In this document: positions 36,691 to 46,159 of the stretch, one piece after another
How the letters are laid out: each line of letters opens with the position of its first letter
Numbering within the stretch: position 1 is the first letter of the stretch
NCBI GenBank assembly: GCA_050246315.1
Contig: JBFWWG010000019.1
Coordinates: forward strand, 1 to 48,350
DNA from: Nitrospiraceae bacterium
GTDB lineage: Bacteria > Nitrospirota > Nitrospiria > Nitrospirales > Nitrospiraceae
Length of the DNA: 48,350 bases
Reading direction: 5' to 3'
Made by a program: the position numbers and the translations under genes
Notes under the pieces: generated by a model
Told to the model about the DNA's origin: nothing
Databases searched by the model: none
The model's input: only the letters and a program-made list of their open reading frames with translations

Positions 36691-37677
36691 ATGAAGTCCT
36701 TCCGAGCCTTGCGCATTCATCAGGACCAGGGCGTGAGCCGCACCTGCCTGGAGACTTTGCGCCTGGAGGACCTGTCGCCCGGTGATGTGCTGATTCGCGC
36801 CAGCTATTCCAGCGTCAACTACAAGGATGCCTTGGCCGTCACCGGCAAGGGCAAGATCTTGCGGCGCTTCCCACTGGTGGGCGGGGTTGATGTAGCAGGA
36901 ACGGTCGAGTCGTCCGACGACGCCCGTTTCCAAATCGGCGATCGGGTGCTGGTCACCGGCTACGGGCTGAGCCAGGACCATGACGGCGGCTATGCCGAAT
37001 ATGTGCGGGTTCCCGCCGACTGGGTGGTGCCGGTGCCGGAAGGCTTGAGTCTCTCTGACGCGATGGCGCTTGGAACCGCGGGATTCACCGCCGCCCTGGC
37101 GATCCAGCGGATGGAAGACAATGGGCAGCGTCCAGATCAAGGTCCCATTGTCGTCACCGGCGCGACGGGCGGGGTCGGGAGCCTGGCCATCGATTTGCTG
37201 GCGGGTTTGGGCTATGAAGTCGTCGCCATCACGGGCAAGCAAGAATCGGTGGAAGATCTGAAATCCCTTGGGGCGCGCCAGGTCTTGCTCCGGCAGAATT
37301 TGGAAATCGGCCGGCAGCCGCTGGAAAGGGCGCAGTGGGGCGGGGCCATCGATAACGTTGGTGGCGAGCTGTTGGCCTGGCTCACGCGGACCGTCTCACT
37401 CTGGGGCAACATCGCCGCCATCGGCTTGGCGGGCGGGAGCGAGCTGCACACGACCGTCATGCCGTTTATCCTCCGCGGGGTGAGTCTGTTGGGCATCTCC
37501 TCGGCCAACTGCCCGATGCCCCTGCGGCAGCACATCTGGCAGCGGTTGGCGACGGATCTGCGCCCGCGCCATCTTGACCGCATCGTCACCGCGACGGTGT
37601 CGTTGGATGACGTGCCGGCGATCTCTGAGAAGATGGTGGCGGGTCATCATCGGGGCAGGACGGTGGTGAAGATCTAA
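36691..37677 (+). CDS. YhdH/YhfP-family MDR oxidoreductase (acryloyl-CoA reductase-like)
   Basis: YSSVNYKDALA, GTAGFTAAL, VTGATGGVGS, TTVMPFILRGVSLLG. Confidence 0.93.
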   Translation: MKSFRALRIHQDQGVSRTCLETLRLEDLSPGDVLIRASYSSVNYKDALAVTGKGKILRRFPLVGGVDVAGTVESSDDARFQIGDRVLVTGYGLSQDHDGGYAEYVRVPADWVVPVPEGLSLSDAMALGTAGFTAALAIQRMEDNGQRPDQGPIVVTGATGGVGSLAIDLLAGLGYEVVAITGKQESVEDLKSLGARQVLLRQNLEIGRQPLERAQWGGAIDNVGGELLAWLTRTVSLWGNIAAIGLAGGSELHTTVMPFILRGVSLLGISSANCPMPLRQHIWQRLATDLRPRHLDRIVTATVSLDDVPAISEKMVAGHHRGRTVVKI

Positions 37678-37706
37678 CGGGAGATGAAAACGCCTTCAGT
37701 CAGTGA

Positions 37707-39044
37707 TCAGGCTTGCGCGTCCACAGCTCTTGCCAGGTCCTGGAGTGCCGGGGCAATACGGACGTCGAAGGGCGGGGCCTCGTCGAGGCTGCGGAGCGGA
37801 TCGCGGAGAGAAGCCAGTTCTTGTTGGACGCGCAGACGGATGTCGGAGAGCGACGGAGACGGAACGACGCGCCGGCCCTCCTTCATCACGTCTTCCATCA
37901 GGGGGCGACCATCCTGCCGGTCGTCGAGTGTTGTTACCACATCATAGCCAAGTCGGCCGTCCGATCCATCACCATACCGATACACCTGTTTGCGGCCAGG
38001 CCAGGTGGATTTTCCTTCTGACCGTTTCCGGCAGGGCCGTCCCGCATATTCTTGCAGCTTGTAGGCACAGTCCAGCGAGGGGGCGTCGGATGACGTCGTC
38101 ATCGCCGTCCCCACGGCAAAGCTATCGATTGGAGCGCCGCTCGCCACCAGGTCCCGCACCCGATACTCATCGAGATTCCCGCTCGCGAGGATCCGGGCCT
38201 CGCGCAGGTTGCCATCATCCAGGATCTTCCGAACATGGCGCGCATGCTGTGCGAGATCCCCGCTGTCGAGACGCACACCCTTTACCGCAATGCCTTTCGC
38301 TCTGAGCAACGGCGCGAGCGACACGACTTTACGGGCCGCCGCCTCCGTGTCGTAGGTGTCGATCAACAACACGACATTGTCCGGTTGTGCCAGCGCGAAA
38401 TGTTCGAAGGACGTGGCTTCGTCCTTATGGGCCTGGATGAACGAGTGGGCCATTGTGCCGTAAAGAGGAATGCCGTATTGCCGCCCGGCCAGCACGGTGG
38501 CGCTGCCCGCAAAGCCCGCGGCGTAACTGGCTCGTGCGGCGAACAGCCCCGCTTCGGCTCCGTGCGCGCGCCGCAGTCCGAAGTCAATCAGCGGCTTTCC
38601 TCCTGCCGCCAGGACGCAGCGGGCCGCCTTGGAAGCGATCAAGCATTGAAAGTTCAGAAGGTTCATCACACGCGTTTCGATAATCTGCGCAAGCGGCAGC
38701 GGCGCGACGACGCGCAAGATCGGCTCGTGAGGGAAAAAGACCGTGCCTTCCGGCATGGCCTGCACGTTGCCGGTGAAACGTAGGTTGCGCAGGTACTCCA
38801 GGCATGGTCGGCTGAATCGATTGGTCGAGGCAAGCCAGTCGATCTCGTCGGCGGTAACGCGGATGTGCTCCAGGAACTCCAGCACCGGCTCAAGCCCGGC
38901 GGCCATCAAGAAATTCCGGCGCGGCGGCAGCCGCCTGACGAAGAACTCGAACACCGCCTCCTCCATCATGCCTTGCTCGACATAGGCCTGTACCATGGTC
39001 AGTTGATACAGGTCGGTCAGCAAGACGCTTGTGGGCGGAGTCAT
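37707..39044 (-). CDS. pncB: Nicotinate phosphoribosyltransferase
   Basis: LLTDLYQLTM, DFGLRRAHG, GTMAHS, LIDTYD, GVRLDSGD, SGNLDE. Confidence 0.95.
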   Translation of the reverse strand: MTPPTSVLLTDLYQLTMVQAYVEQGMMEEAVFEFFVRRLPPRRNFLMAAGLEPVLEFLEHIRVTADEIDWLASTNRFSRPCLEYLRNLRFTGNVQAMPEGTVFFPHEPILRVVAPLPLAQIIETRVMNLLNFQCLIASKAARCVLAAGGKPLIDFGLRRAHGAEAGLFAARASYAAGFAGSATVLAGRQYGIPLYGTMAHSFIQAHKDEATSFEHFALAQPDNVVLLIDTYDTEAAARKVVSLAPLLRAKGIAVKGVRLDSGDLAQHARHVRKILDDGNLREARILASGNLDEYRVRDLVASGAPIDSFAVGTAMTTSSDAPSLDCAYKLQEYAGRPCRKRSEGKSTWPGRKQVYRYGDGSDGRLGYDVVTTLDDRQDGRPLMEDVMKEGRRVVPSPSLSDIRLRVQQELASLRDPLRSLDEAPPFDVRIAPALQDLARAVDAQA

Positions 39045-39622
39045 GTCGCCAGATCCTCAAGTTTGGTCGAGTGGGCGCCCAGGCGGATCATCTCGTCCTC
39101 TGCCTGTTTTCCATCGGTCGGACGGGCGTTGACCGCGCAGATGCCGTCCATCAGCAGGTGGATGACATAGCCGAGCCTCAATCCGTCCTTCACGGTATTC
39201 AAGACACAATAGTCGGTGGCGAGCCCTCCGATGAACAGGCGTCGCACGTCTCGCGCACGGAGGTCCCGGTCGAGCGGCGTCTCTTGAAAAGCCGAATAGG
39301 CTTCCCGATCGCGTTCGGTCGCCTTGTAAATGATGAAGGCTTGCAGGGGAGGATGAAACGACGGGGGCGGCAGCGATCCGGCGGTGCCCGCCACGCAATG
39401 GACCTGCCAGGGGCCGCCTTGTTCCTTGAATGAACAGTGGTCAGGAGGGTGCCAGTCCCGGGAGAGCCAGATTGGCAAGCCTTTGTCCTGGAACCGCTCC
39501 ATGTAGCGGTGCAGCGCCGGCAGGATCCGGTCGCCGCCTGCGATCCCGAGCGCACCGCCCGGCAGAAAATCGTTCTGGATGTCGGCAATGAGCAGGGCAT
39601 CGCCGGCGGTGAGCGCAATCAA
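39041..39622 (-). CDS. pncA: Nicotinamidase (isochorismatase family)
   Basis: DIQNDFLPGGAL, RDWHPPDHCSF, HCV, YSAF, GLATDYCV; ATGA overlap with pncB. Confidence 0.92.
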   Translation of the reverse strand: MIALTAGDALLIADIQNDFLPGGALGIAGGDRILPALHRYMERFQDKGLPIWLSRDWHPPDHCSFKEQGGPWQVHCVAGTAGSLPPPSFHPPLQAFIIYKATERDREAYSAFQETPLDRDLRARDVRRLFIGGLATDYCVLNTVKDGLRLGYVIHLLMDGICAVNARPTDGKQAEDEMIRLGAHSTKLEDLAT

Positions 39623-39670
39623 GGCGACGACTCCGTCAGCCGTGGCGCGCAGGTCTGCTGCGCGTCACGC

Positions 39671-40159
39671 TCAGAATTTATAGCCGATCGTGCGAAGGAA
39701 CGCCCGTCGCTGGAGGACGTCCTCAGGCCCCTCGACCCCCTTCGGTCCCTGCCCGTCCACCACGCCCAGAATCGCGCGGCCAAGCTCCGTTTCCCCCACG
39801 ATGACCTGCACCGGATTGGCGGTGGCGCAGAAGATCGTGCAGGTCTCGGGAACTTGCCGGATGGCCGGAAGGACGTTGATCGGGTAACAGTCCTTCATCA
39901 GGATGAGAAACGAGTGGCCCGCTCCGATCGCGATCGCGTTGCGTCCGGCCAGTTCCATCAGCGCCTCGTCGGTCCCGCTGGTCCGTACCAGGCAGGGACC
40001 TGAAGCTTCGCAGAACGCCAGGCCGAAGACAATCCGGGGCACGGCATTGACCAATGCCTCGTGCAGGTCCTCGACCGCCTTGATGAAATGGGCCTGACCG
40101 AGGATCAGGTTGGCTCCGTCGGGGCGGTCGATCGATACCGATTGGAGGATGATCGGCAT
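39671..40159 (-). CDS. Adenosine-specific kinase family protein
   Basis: NLILGQAHFIK...FGLAFCEASGPCL...IFCATANP...GRAILGVVDG...IGYK. Confidence 0.9.
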   Translation of the reverse strand: MPIILQSVSIDRPDGANLILGQAHFIKAVEDLHEALVNAVPRIVFGLAFCEASGPCLVRTSGTDEALMELAGRNAIAIGAGHSFLILMKDCYPINVLPAIRQVPETCTIFCATANPVQVIVGETELGRAILGVVDGQGPKGVEGPEDVLQRRAFLRTIGYKF

Positions 40160-40184
40160 AGGACGAGTCCCGCAGGATTGCCTC

Positions 40185-40349
40185 TCAGCTCTTCTTCGTG
40201 GTCTTGGCCATGAACGAAGTGATGATCTGCTCGAGGCGCTTGCTCCCGCAATGGGGACAGGTCGCGCTCTTCGCCTCATGATCCTTCAGGGTCAAGGCGA
40301 TCAGCGATTCCTTTCCACAGTCCAGGCACTTGTAGTCGTACATCGGCAT
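40185..40349 (-). CDS. FmdB-family zinc-ribbon protein (54 aa, absent from the ORF track)
   Basis: MPMYDYKCLDCGK...TCPHCGSKRLEQIITSFMAKTTKKS; GGAG RBS. Confidence 0.9.
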   Translation of the reverse strand: MPMYDYKCLDCGKESLIALTLKDHEAKSATCPHCGSKRLEQIITSFMAKTTKKS

Positions 40350-40354
40350 AGTGA

Positions 40355-42850
40355 TCACTCCGGGAGTGGTGTGAAGCGACGATAGCTCGATCGGTGTCGG
40401 ACGGACGGAGCAGGACGGGAGGATTCCTTTCCGGATTCAACCGGCTCTGAGCCGGCCTTGGCAACCATTTCGCCCCAGCTTGCGACGATCTGAGCCAGTT
40501 CTTCCATCCGCAGATCGACGCGACCGAACAGGCTGTCCTCCTGATAGAACCCTTCCTGATCCCGTTCTCCAGCGGCGAGGCCCGTCATCAGCTCTACCGC
40601 TTCTTCCACGCTGTTGACGCCATAGACGGCGAAAGTCCCGGCTTCGACGGCCCTTACGATCTCCGGTCGGAGCGCCAGGTGCTTGATGTTGCGGGCGGGA
40701 ATGATGACCCCTTGCCGCCCGGTCAATCCGCGCCGCCGGCAGGTCTCGAAGAAGCCCTCGATCTTTTCGTTGACTCCGCCGATCGGCTGGATCTCTCCTA
40801 ATTGATTCACCGAGCCGGTGATGGCGAATGATTGCTTCACCGGCACCTCGGCCAGGCTCGACAGGATGGCGATCAATTCGGCCGCCGCTGCGCTGTCGCC
40901 TTCGACTTCGGAGTAGGTCTGTTCGAAGGTCAAGGTTGCGTTGAGCGCGAAGGGGTGGGTGCCGGCAAATTTGCCGGCCAGATAGCCGGCGAGCGTGAGC
41001 ACGCCCTTGCTGTGCACGTGGCCGGCCAGTTCGGCTTCCCGCTGGATGTCGATGATGCCTTTGGTCCCGACGGACACGCGGGCCGTGATCCGGCAGGGTC
41101 GCCCGAATGAATAGTCGCCCAGCAGGTGTACGGAAAGCCCGTTGACCTGACCCACAGCATCGCCGTCCACGTCTACCAGCAGCGTGCCTTCGCGAATCTC
41201 ATCCTGGATCCATTGTTCTGCGAGACTGGAACGACGCCGCTTGTGATCGATTGCGGCTTCGACATCGGCGTCGGTCACCAACCGGCGACCCTCCCGCTGC
41301 GCCCAAAACCCAGCCTCGCGGATCAGGTCTGAGAGGAGACTGAACCGCAGGGACAGGCGGTCGTGCCGCTCGGCCAAGCGGAATCCCTGGCGGATGACGG
41401 CGGCGACCGCCTCCTTGCTGAAGTGAGGAAGGCGCTCGTCGCAGCAGATCCGAGCGATGAAGCGGGCATATTGACGGTCCTGTTGCTCGCTCCGCTCGAT
41501 ATCCACGTCGAAATCGGCCTTGACCTTGAAAATCTTGTGAAAATCCTCTTCGTAGGCCTGCAAGAGATGGTAGATGATCGGTGGGCCCACGAGAATGACC
41601 TTCACGTCGATGGGAATCGGTTCCGGCTTAAGGCCGATGGTCGAGAAGCCGAAAAATTCGCTCGCGTCCTCGATCGTGACCTGACCGGTCTTCAGAATCC
41701 GCTTCAACGCATCCCAGGAAAACGGCTGCCGCAGCAGATCGACGGTGTTCAGGATTAGATAGCCGCCGCTGGCCTGTAACAGCGCGCCGGCCTTAATCTC
41801 CGTGAAGTCCGTGTACATGACGCCCATGTGGGCCTTTCGCTCGATCTTGCCGACCAGATTGGCGTAGGTCGGATGCGATTCGTCTACCACGGGAGCGCCC
41901 TGATCCAAGGCATGTTCCACCAGCACGTTGACTTGGTAGCGAGTCAGGTCGGCTCTGGGCGAGGATCCGTCAAGAGCGAGGAAGGGCAATGCCGGTTTTT
42001 CCTTCGGCAGGAAGTCTCGATAACGCGCCACCACGTCTTCATGCACGCGGTCAAGATAGGCACCGACATCCGGCATGGCTTGATAGGGCTGCCGCACCGC
42101 CGCAAAGCGGTCTTCCATGACCGTCTGCACGACCTTCCGATCCAAATCCAACAGCCGACGCTCCGCCTCCTGGTCAAGCGCATGGATGCGGATTTGAAAC
42201 TCGCGTATTTCGCTTTCAATCGCCTTGCGCTGTTCGTTGAGGGAACGCCGCTCCTGATCCGACAACTGCTCGACTTCTTCCTCGGTCATGGGGTGGCCGG
42301 ATTTCATCGGGACCAGCCCGAAGCCCATCGGCATCTCCTCGAAGCCGAACCCATGCTCGCGGCCGAATTCGTGCAGCTCCCGGAACAACGCCTTCTTTTT
42401 CGCTTCTGTTTCGTCTTGGATCTTGGCCTTGGCGTCCAGGTAGAGCTTGCTTTCAAAGGTTGCGGGGATGTCGCGGCGGAGGCTTTGGACGAAGACCGCC
42501 ATGGCGTGGGAAAAGGCACGACCCTGTCCGGGAGGAAGGCGCAGTTTGGTCGGTTGGGACGGATCCTGGAAATTGTTCACATAGCTCCAGTCCGGCGGCG
42601 GCGGCTCCTCTCGCGCCATTCGCTGGACCATGCGACGCACCAAGGAGGCCTTGCCGGTGCCGGCCGGGCCGGCGACATAGAGATTGAAGCCGGGACTCTT
42701 CATGTGGAGTCCGAACTCCAGGGCCTCGACCGCGCGCTCCTGCCCAATCGTCTCGTCGAGCGGCGTCAACTCGCCCGTCTGTTCAAAGCCCAGCTCCTCC
42801 GGGTCAATGACCGGAGCGAGCAAGGTGGGCGGCAGTTTGAATTTATCCAT
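40355..42850 (-). CDS. Lon-like protease (LonC/S16 family with AAA-like N-terminus)
   Basis: IGQERA, GPAGTGK, VGQVNGL, FEQTYSEVEGDSA, TGSVNQ, GGVNEKIEGF (Ser-Lys dyad). Confidence 0.93.
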   Translation of the reverse strand: MDKFKLPPTLLAPVIDPEELGFEQTGELTPLDETIGQERAVEALEFGLHMKSPGFNLYVAGPAGTGKASLVRRMVQRMAREEPPPPDWSYVNNFQDPSQPTKLRLPPGQGRAFSHAMAVFVQSLRRDIPATFESKLYLDAKAKIQDETEAKKKALFRELHEFGREHGFGFEEMPMGFGLVPMKSGHPMTEEEVEQLSDQERRSLNEQRKAIESEIREFQIRIHALDQEAERRLLDLDRKVVQTVMEDRFAAVRQPYQAMPDVGAYLDRVHEDVVARYRDFLPKEKPALPFLALDGSSPRADLTRYQVNVLVEHALDQGAPVVDESHPTYANLVGKIERKAHMGVMYTDFTEIKAGALLQASGGYLILNTVDLLRQPFSWDALKRILKTGQVTIEDASEFFGFSTIGLKPEPIPIDVKVILVGPPIIYHLLQAYEEDFHKIFKVKADFDVDIERSEQQDRQYARFIARICCDERLPHFSKEAVAAVIRQGFRLAERHDRLSLRFSLLSDLIREAGFWAQREGRRLVTDADVEAAIDHKRRRSSLAEQWIQDEIREGTLLVDVDGDAVGQVNGLSVHLLGDYSFGRPCRITARVSVGTKGIIDIQREAELAGHVHSKGVLTLAGYLAGKFAGTHPFALNATLTFEQTYSEVEGDSAAAAELIAILSSLAEVPVKQSFAITGSVNQLGEIQPIGGVNEKIEGFFETCRRRGLTGRQGVIIPARNIKHLALRPEIVRAVEAGTFAVYGVNSVEEAVELMTGLAAGERDQEGFYQEDSLFGRVDLRMEELAQIVASWGEMVAKAGSEPVESGKESSRPAPSVRHRSSYRRFTPLPE

Positions 42851-42893
42851 CGGCGCCGGTCCGCGCGCGGCAGTCGCGTCGCGTGAGCGGTCC

Positions 42894-43442
42894 TTAGGCG
42901 TGAGAAAGAGGGGAGACAGGCTGAACCGTAGTTGCTTGCGGCCCCTTCTCCCCTTGCCCGACGTTGAAAAGGACTTCCGCGCCGTCTTCCAGCTCGTCAA
43001 AGGCCAAACCACGCAAGGCGTTCCTATGAAAATAGACTTCCCCGCCCCCTTCCTGAAGGATGAATCCGTAACCGGACTTGGGAAAGAGCTTGCAGACCAC
43101 GCCGCGCGCCGGCGGCAGGGGCGGTAGGCGCAGAACTTTGTTGGTCCGCTTGTCGCGAAACTTCTGCAACTCGATCTGAACCGCGGCAAAGGCGGCCCGG
43201 ATCGCTTCTTCGAAGGTCTTGTCCTCCTTGCGCGCCGTGACCACCTGCCGTCTCGGGAGCGTGATGACGACCGTCGCCTCGGCGACATTCTTCAATTTTT
43301 TATGGTGCCGGTTCTTGATCAGGCTGACCCGGGCATGCAACATATCCTCGTGACCTTGTTGAAGGTCCGCCATCCGCGCTTCGATCTCAGTTTTCCATCG
43401 TGGCGTCATGGCAACGTTGCGGCTTTGAATTTCAAGATCCAT
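42894..43442 (-). CDS. HPF/RaiA ribosome-associated domain fused to cold-shock domain
   Basis: LEIQSRNV...AIRAAF HPF-like N-terminus; GYGFI...EVYFHRN...KGPQA CSD. Confidence 0.88.
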   Translation of the reverse strand: MDLEIQSRNVAMTPRWKTEIEARMADLQQGHEDMLHARVSLIKNRHHKKLKNVAEATVVITLPRRQVVTARKEDKTFEEAIRAAFAAVQIELQKFRDKRTNKVLRLPPLPPARGVVCKLFPKSGYGFILQEGGGEVYFHRNALRGLAFDELEDGAEVLFNVGQGEKGPQATTVQPVSPLSHA

Positions 43443-43488
43443 GATGGTCTCCTTCTGTCCTCTGCCGGTGAGGCACGGTTCTGGTCAC

Positions 43489-43504
43489 AGCAAGGCCTGT
43501 GCCC
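43489..43504 (-). promoter_or_regulatory. sigma54 promoter
   Basis: GGGCACAGGCCTTGCT (GG-N10-GC), 46 nt upstream of the HPF-CSD ATG. Confidence 0.7.
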
Positions 43505-43669
43505 TTGGTCGGTCTCGCCTCGAATTGGCGTAAACGGACCGCTCCGCTGTGGACGCTGGCAAAGGAACAATAGTCCTGTGGCGCATTTTTCCACAGTTCA
43601 TCGACGATCCATGCAGCCCAATGCGTCATTCTGCTGGATCGTCCGTACAACCGGTGACTTGCGAAAGGA

Positions 43670-44764
43670 ATGGACATGCCGACGTTGAAGAAACGCAATC
43701 TTGAGCAGTACTTGCGGCAGCGGTTCGGTGCGGATACCGAGCTGTTGTCCTATGGAAGGATCGGCCAGGAATCGTCGGAGTCGGATTTGAAGGGCTTCGG
43801 CTATGGCAAGCCGATCCGCGCGACCTTTCGCACCGGCGACCAGGTTCGAAGCGTGGTCCTCTCGACGATGAGCCCCGGACCCTTCGGCCATGAGCATCCG
43901 GCCGACCGGGCGCAGGCCATGTTGATGGATTATGACACCTACGGCAAGCTCCCTCGGCATGTGAAGGCGGTGGATGTCGGGGCCTTTGCGCGCGATGGAT
44001 CGCTCTTTTCGGTGGCCCGAGCTCGCGAATTCTTCGTGGTGATCGAATGGGCCAAGGGGGAGAGCTATCACGTCGATTTCGAGCGGCTGATGGCCGGCGG
44101 CCGGCTGCGGACGCTGGATCGCGAGCGAGCCGGAGCCATGGCCCGGTATCTGGTCTCCATCCATCGAGTGAAACGCCGCGACCCGGGCCTGTATCGGCGG
44201 CGGTTACGCGAATTGATCGGCCATGGCGAGTGCATCATGGGTCTCACCGACAGTTATCCGAATCGCTACCGGTTTATCAACGACAGTCTCCTCCGTTCGA
44301 TCGAGGAGTCCTGCAATCGGTGGCGCTGGCAACTTCGATCGAGTGCCTCGCGACTGGCCCAGGTGCATGGAGACTTTCATCCCTGGAATGTGCTGTTCCG
44401 CGCCGGTACCGACTTCAGCGTGCTGGATCGCTCGCGAGGCGAATGGGGCGAACCGGCGGATGATCTCACCTCCATGTCGATCAACTACCTCTTCTTCTCG
44501 CTGCAGCGGTTTGGAAAATTGGACGGCCCGTTCGAGGTGCTGTTCCGACACTTCTGGGACACCTATCTGGAGGCGAGCCGGGACCGGCACATCCTCGGAG
44601 CGACGGCGCCCTTCTTCGCCTTTCGTGGCCTCGTGATTGCGAGCCCGCTCTGGTATCCGAATCTCACGCTTGCAGTGCGACGCACCATCTTCCGCTTTGT
44701 GCAGAACGTGCTGGCGGCCGAGCGGTTCGATCCCGCCCTGGTCAATCGCTATTGTCAGGAATGA
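43670..44764 (+). CDS. Aminoglycoside-phosphotransferase-like kinase
   Basis: Brenner-type VHGDFHPWNVLF and LDRSRGEWGEPADD. Confidence 0.85.
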   Translation: MDMPTLKKRNLEQYLRQRFGADTELLSYGRIGQESSESDLKGFGYGKPIRATFRTGDQVRSVVLSTMSPGPFGHEHPADRAQAMLMDYDTYGKLPRHVKAVDVGAFARDGSLFSVARAREFFVVIEWAKGESYHVDFERLMAGGRLRTLDRERAGAMARYLVSIHRVKRRDPGLYRRRLRELIGHGECIMGLTDSYPNRYRFINDSLLRSIEESCNRWRWQLRSSASRLAQVHGDFHPWNVLFRAGTDFSVLDRSRGEWGEPADDLTSMSINYLFFSLQRFGKLDGPFEVLFRHFWDTYLEASRDRHILGATAPFFAFRGLVIASPLWYPNLTLAVRRTIFRFVQNVLAAERFDPALVNRYCQE

Positions 44765-44871
44765 CGTGGCCGTGCAGGACTGGGATGGGAACATGACCGC
44801 AGCACTCAACGCTCCGCACGACCGGTGGGCGAGCTCAGCGCTCAGCGCCGAGCACCCAGCCCTGATGCCCG

Positions 44872-45735
44872 TCAGTGGAACAAGAGCACCGGGCAGGGAG
44901 AACGGTGCAGCAACGTATGAGAGACGCTGCCGAGCACGAAACGCGTCAGCCCCTCCCGTTGCCGGCAGCCGATCAACAACAGGTCCGGCTTGACCTTCTG
45001 GATCTGTTCCATGATGGCGACGGCAGGAGAGCCAATCACGACAAGCGGCTTGGCTGGATACCCCATGGCCACGACCTGCTGCACCAGGTCCTCTAAGAAC
45101 CAAGAGGCTCGTTCGACCACCTCCTGCTCCATGGCCTTGCTGACGGCGGCGCCGGCCGGCCAAGGCGGTGGAGAAAACGGCAGCACGGTCAGCACCTGGA
45201 TCTCCGGCATGGTGCGGAAAGGTTTGGTCCTAAGCCATCTGATCGCTGCTTCGCTGTCCCATTTCCCTTCAATCGCCACCAGGACCTGCTCGCAGGTCCG
45301 GACGGGGCGATTGACCACGAGCACGGAACAGGGGGCATGGGCGACGATCCGATGGGACACGCTGCCGAGCAGGAGTTCCTTCAAGGGGTTGAGGCCTCGG
45401 CTTCCAAGTACGATCAGGTCGGGACGAATCTCGGCTGCCAGAGCCAAGATCACATCGGCGGCCTTGCCGGTTTCCAGCTTCGTCGAACTGGGTCCCACGT
45501 CCATCGGAAGGCTGGCGGTCGTAGTCGCGAGGATGCGCTCACCCTCCTCCCGCATCGCTTTCAGCACTCTGTTGAAGAGCGCTTGCGAGGCTTCCGACGC
45601 CATCATGGGAAAGGCTGGAGTCGGCACATCCAGCACGTGAACGACCGTGACCTCTTCAGCCCTCGACAGATGGGCCAGCGCTAGGGTCGCGGCATGGGAT
45701 TGATCCGATCCGTCTATAGCCAAGATGATGCGCAT
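44872..45735 (-). CDS. Tandem-domain universal stress protein
   Basis: IILAIDGS, GSRGL...LLGSVSH, VLGSVSH...PCPVLL. Confidence 0.93.
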   Translation of the reverse strand: MRIILAIDGSDQSHAATLALAHLSRAEEVTVVHVLDVPTPAFPMMASEASQALFNRVLKAMREEGERILATTTASLPMDVGPSSTKLETGKAADVILALAAEIRPDLIVLGSRGLNPLKELLLGSVSHRIVAHAPCSVLVVNRPVRTCEQVLVAIEGKWDSEAAIRWLRTKPFRTMPEIQVLTVLPFSPPPWPAGAAVSKAMEQEVVERASWFLEDLVQQVVAMGYPAKPLVVIGSPAVAIMEQIQKVKPDLLLIGCRQREGLTRFVLGSVSHTLLHRSPCPVLLFH

Positions 45736-45762
45736 GATGCCTCCACGTCATCGAGCAGGCGG

Positions 45763-45858
45763 TTAATGACATTCAGTGGGGCAGAAGAACATCAGATAGA
45801 CGAACACAGCGAGACCGATCACGACCGCCCCAAACAGAAACCATTGCGCTCGACTCAT
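45763..45858 (-). CDS. 31-aa single-TM peptide ending CPTECH
   Basis: MSRAQWFLFGAVVIGLAVFVYLMFFCPTECH; GGGAGG RBS; between a sigma54 promoter and the USP. Confidence 0.6.
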   Translation of the reverse strand: MSRAQWFLFGAVVIGLAVFVYLMFFCPTECH

Positions 45859-45928
45859 GCTGCGATCCCTCCCGGCGGAGGTCCTGTCATGATCTACACA
45901 AAGACTCATGCCGACCAGCAGTCGAGAG

Positions 45929-45944
45929 AGCAAGACCGGTGCCT
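45929..45944 (-). promoter_or_regulatory. sigma54 promoter
   Basis: AGGCACCGGTCTTGCT (GG-N10-GC). Confidence 0.7.
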
Positions 45945-46026
45945 TTTCCCGTCGTCGGTCTTGGTTGGGCAACCGTGCTGCTGTCGGCGATCGGGGAGTC
46001 CTCCTGGTGCGCTCAGCCGGACCGGT

Positions 46027-46043
46027 TGTAGCCTTCCGCTACA
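46027..46043. promoter_or_regulatory. Palindromic upstream activator site TGT-N11-ACA
   Basis: TGTAGCcttccGCTACA midway between divergent sigma54 promoters; second site TGTAGCaggacaccACC at 46060-46076. Confidence 0.6.
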
Positions 46044-46159
46044 GAGGCCGATCTGATTCTGTAGCAGGACACCACCTGACTCTCTATGGAAGCGGAGACC
46101 CAGAAGCCGAATCGTATCGATTTTCGCTAAAAAGCCGATTAACTTCCGAGCTTGACCGA

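Noticed and set aside
40355..43288. 977-aa extended Lon ORF
   Set aside because: The N-terminal extension overlaps HPF-CSD in another frame; recognisable sequence begins at the ATG at 42850.
43505..43669. sigma54 promoter for the APH-like gene
   Set aside because: TTGC near 43659 lacks GG at the required 10-nt spacing.
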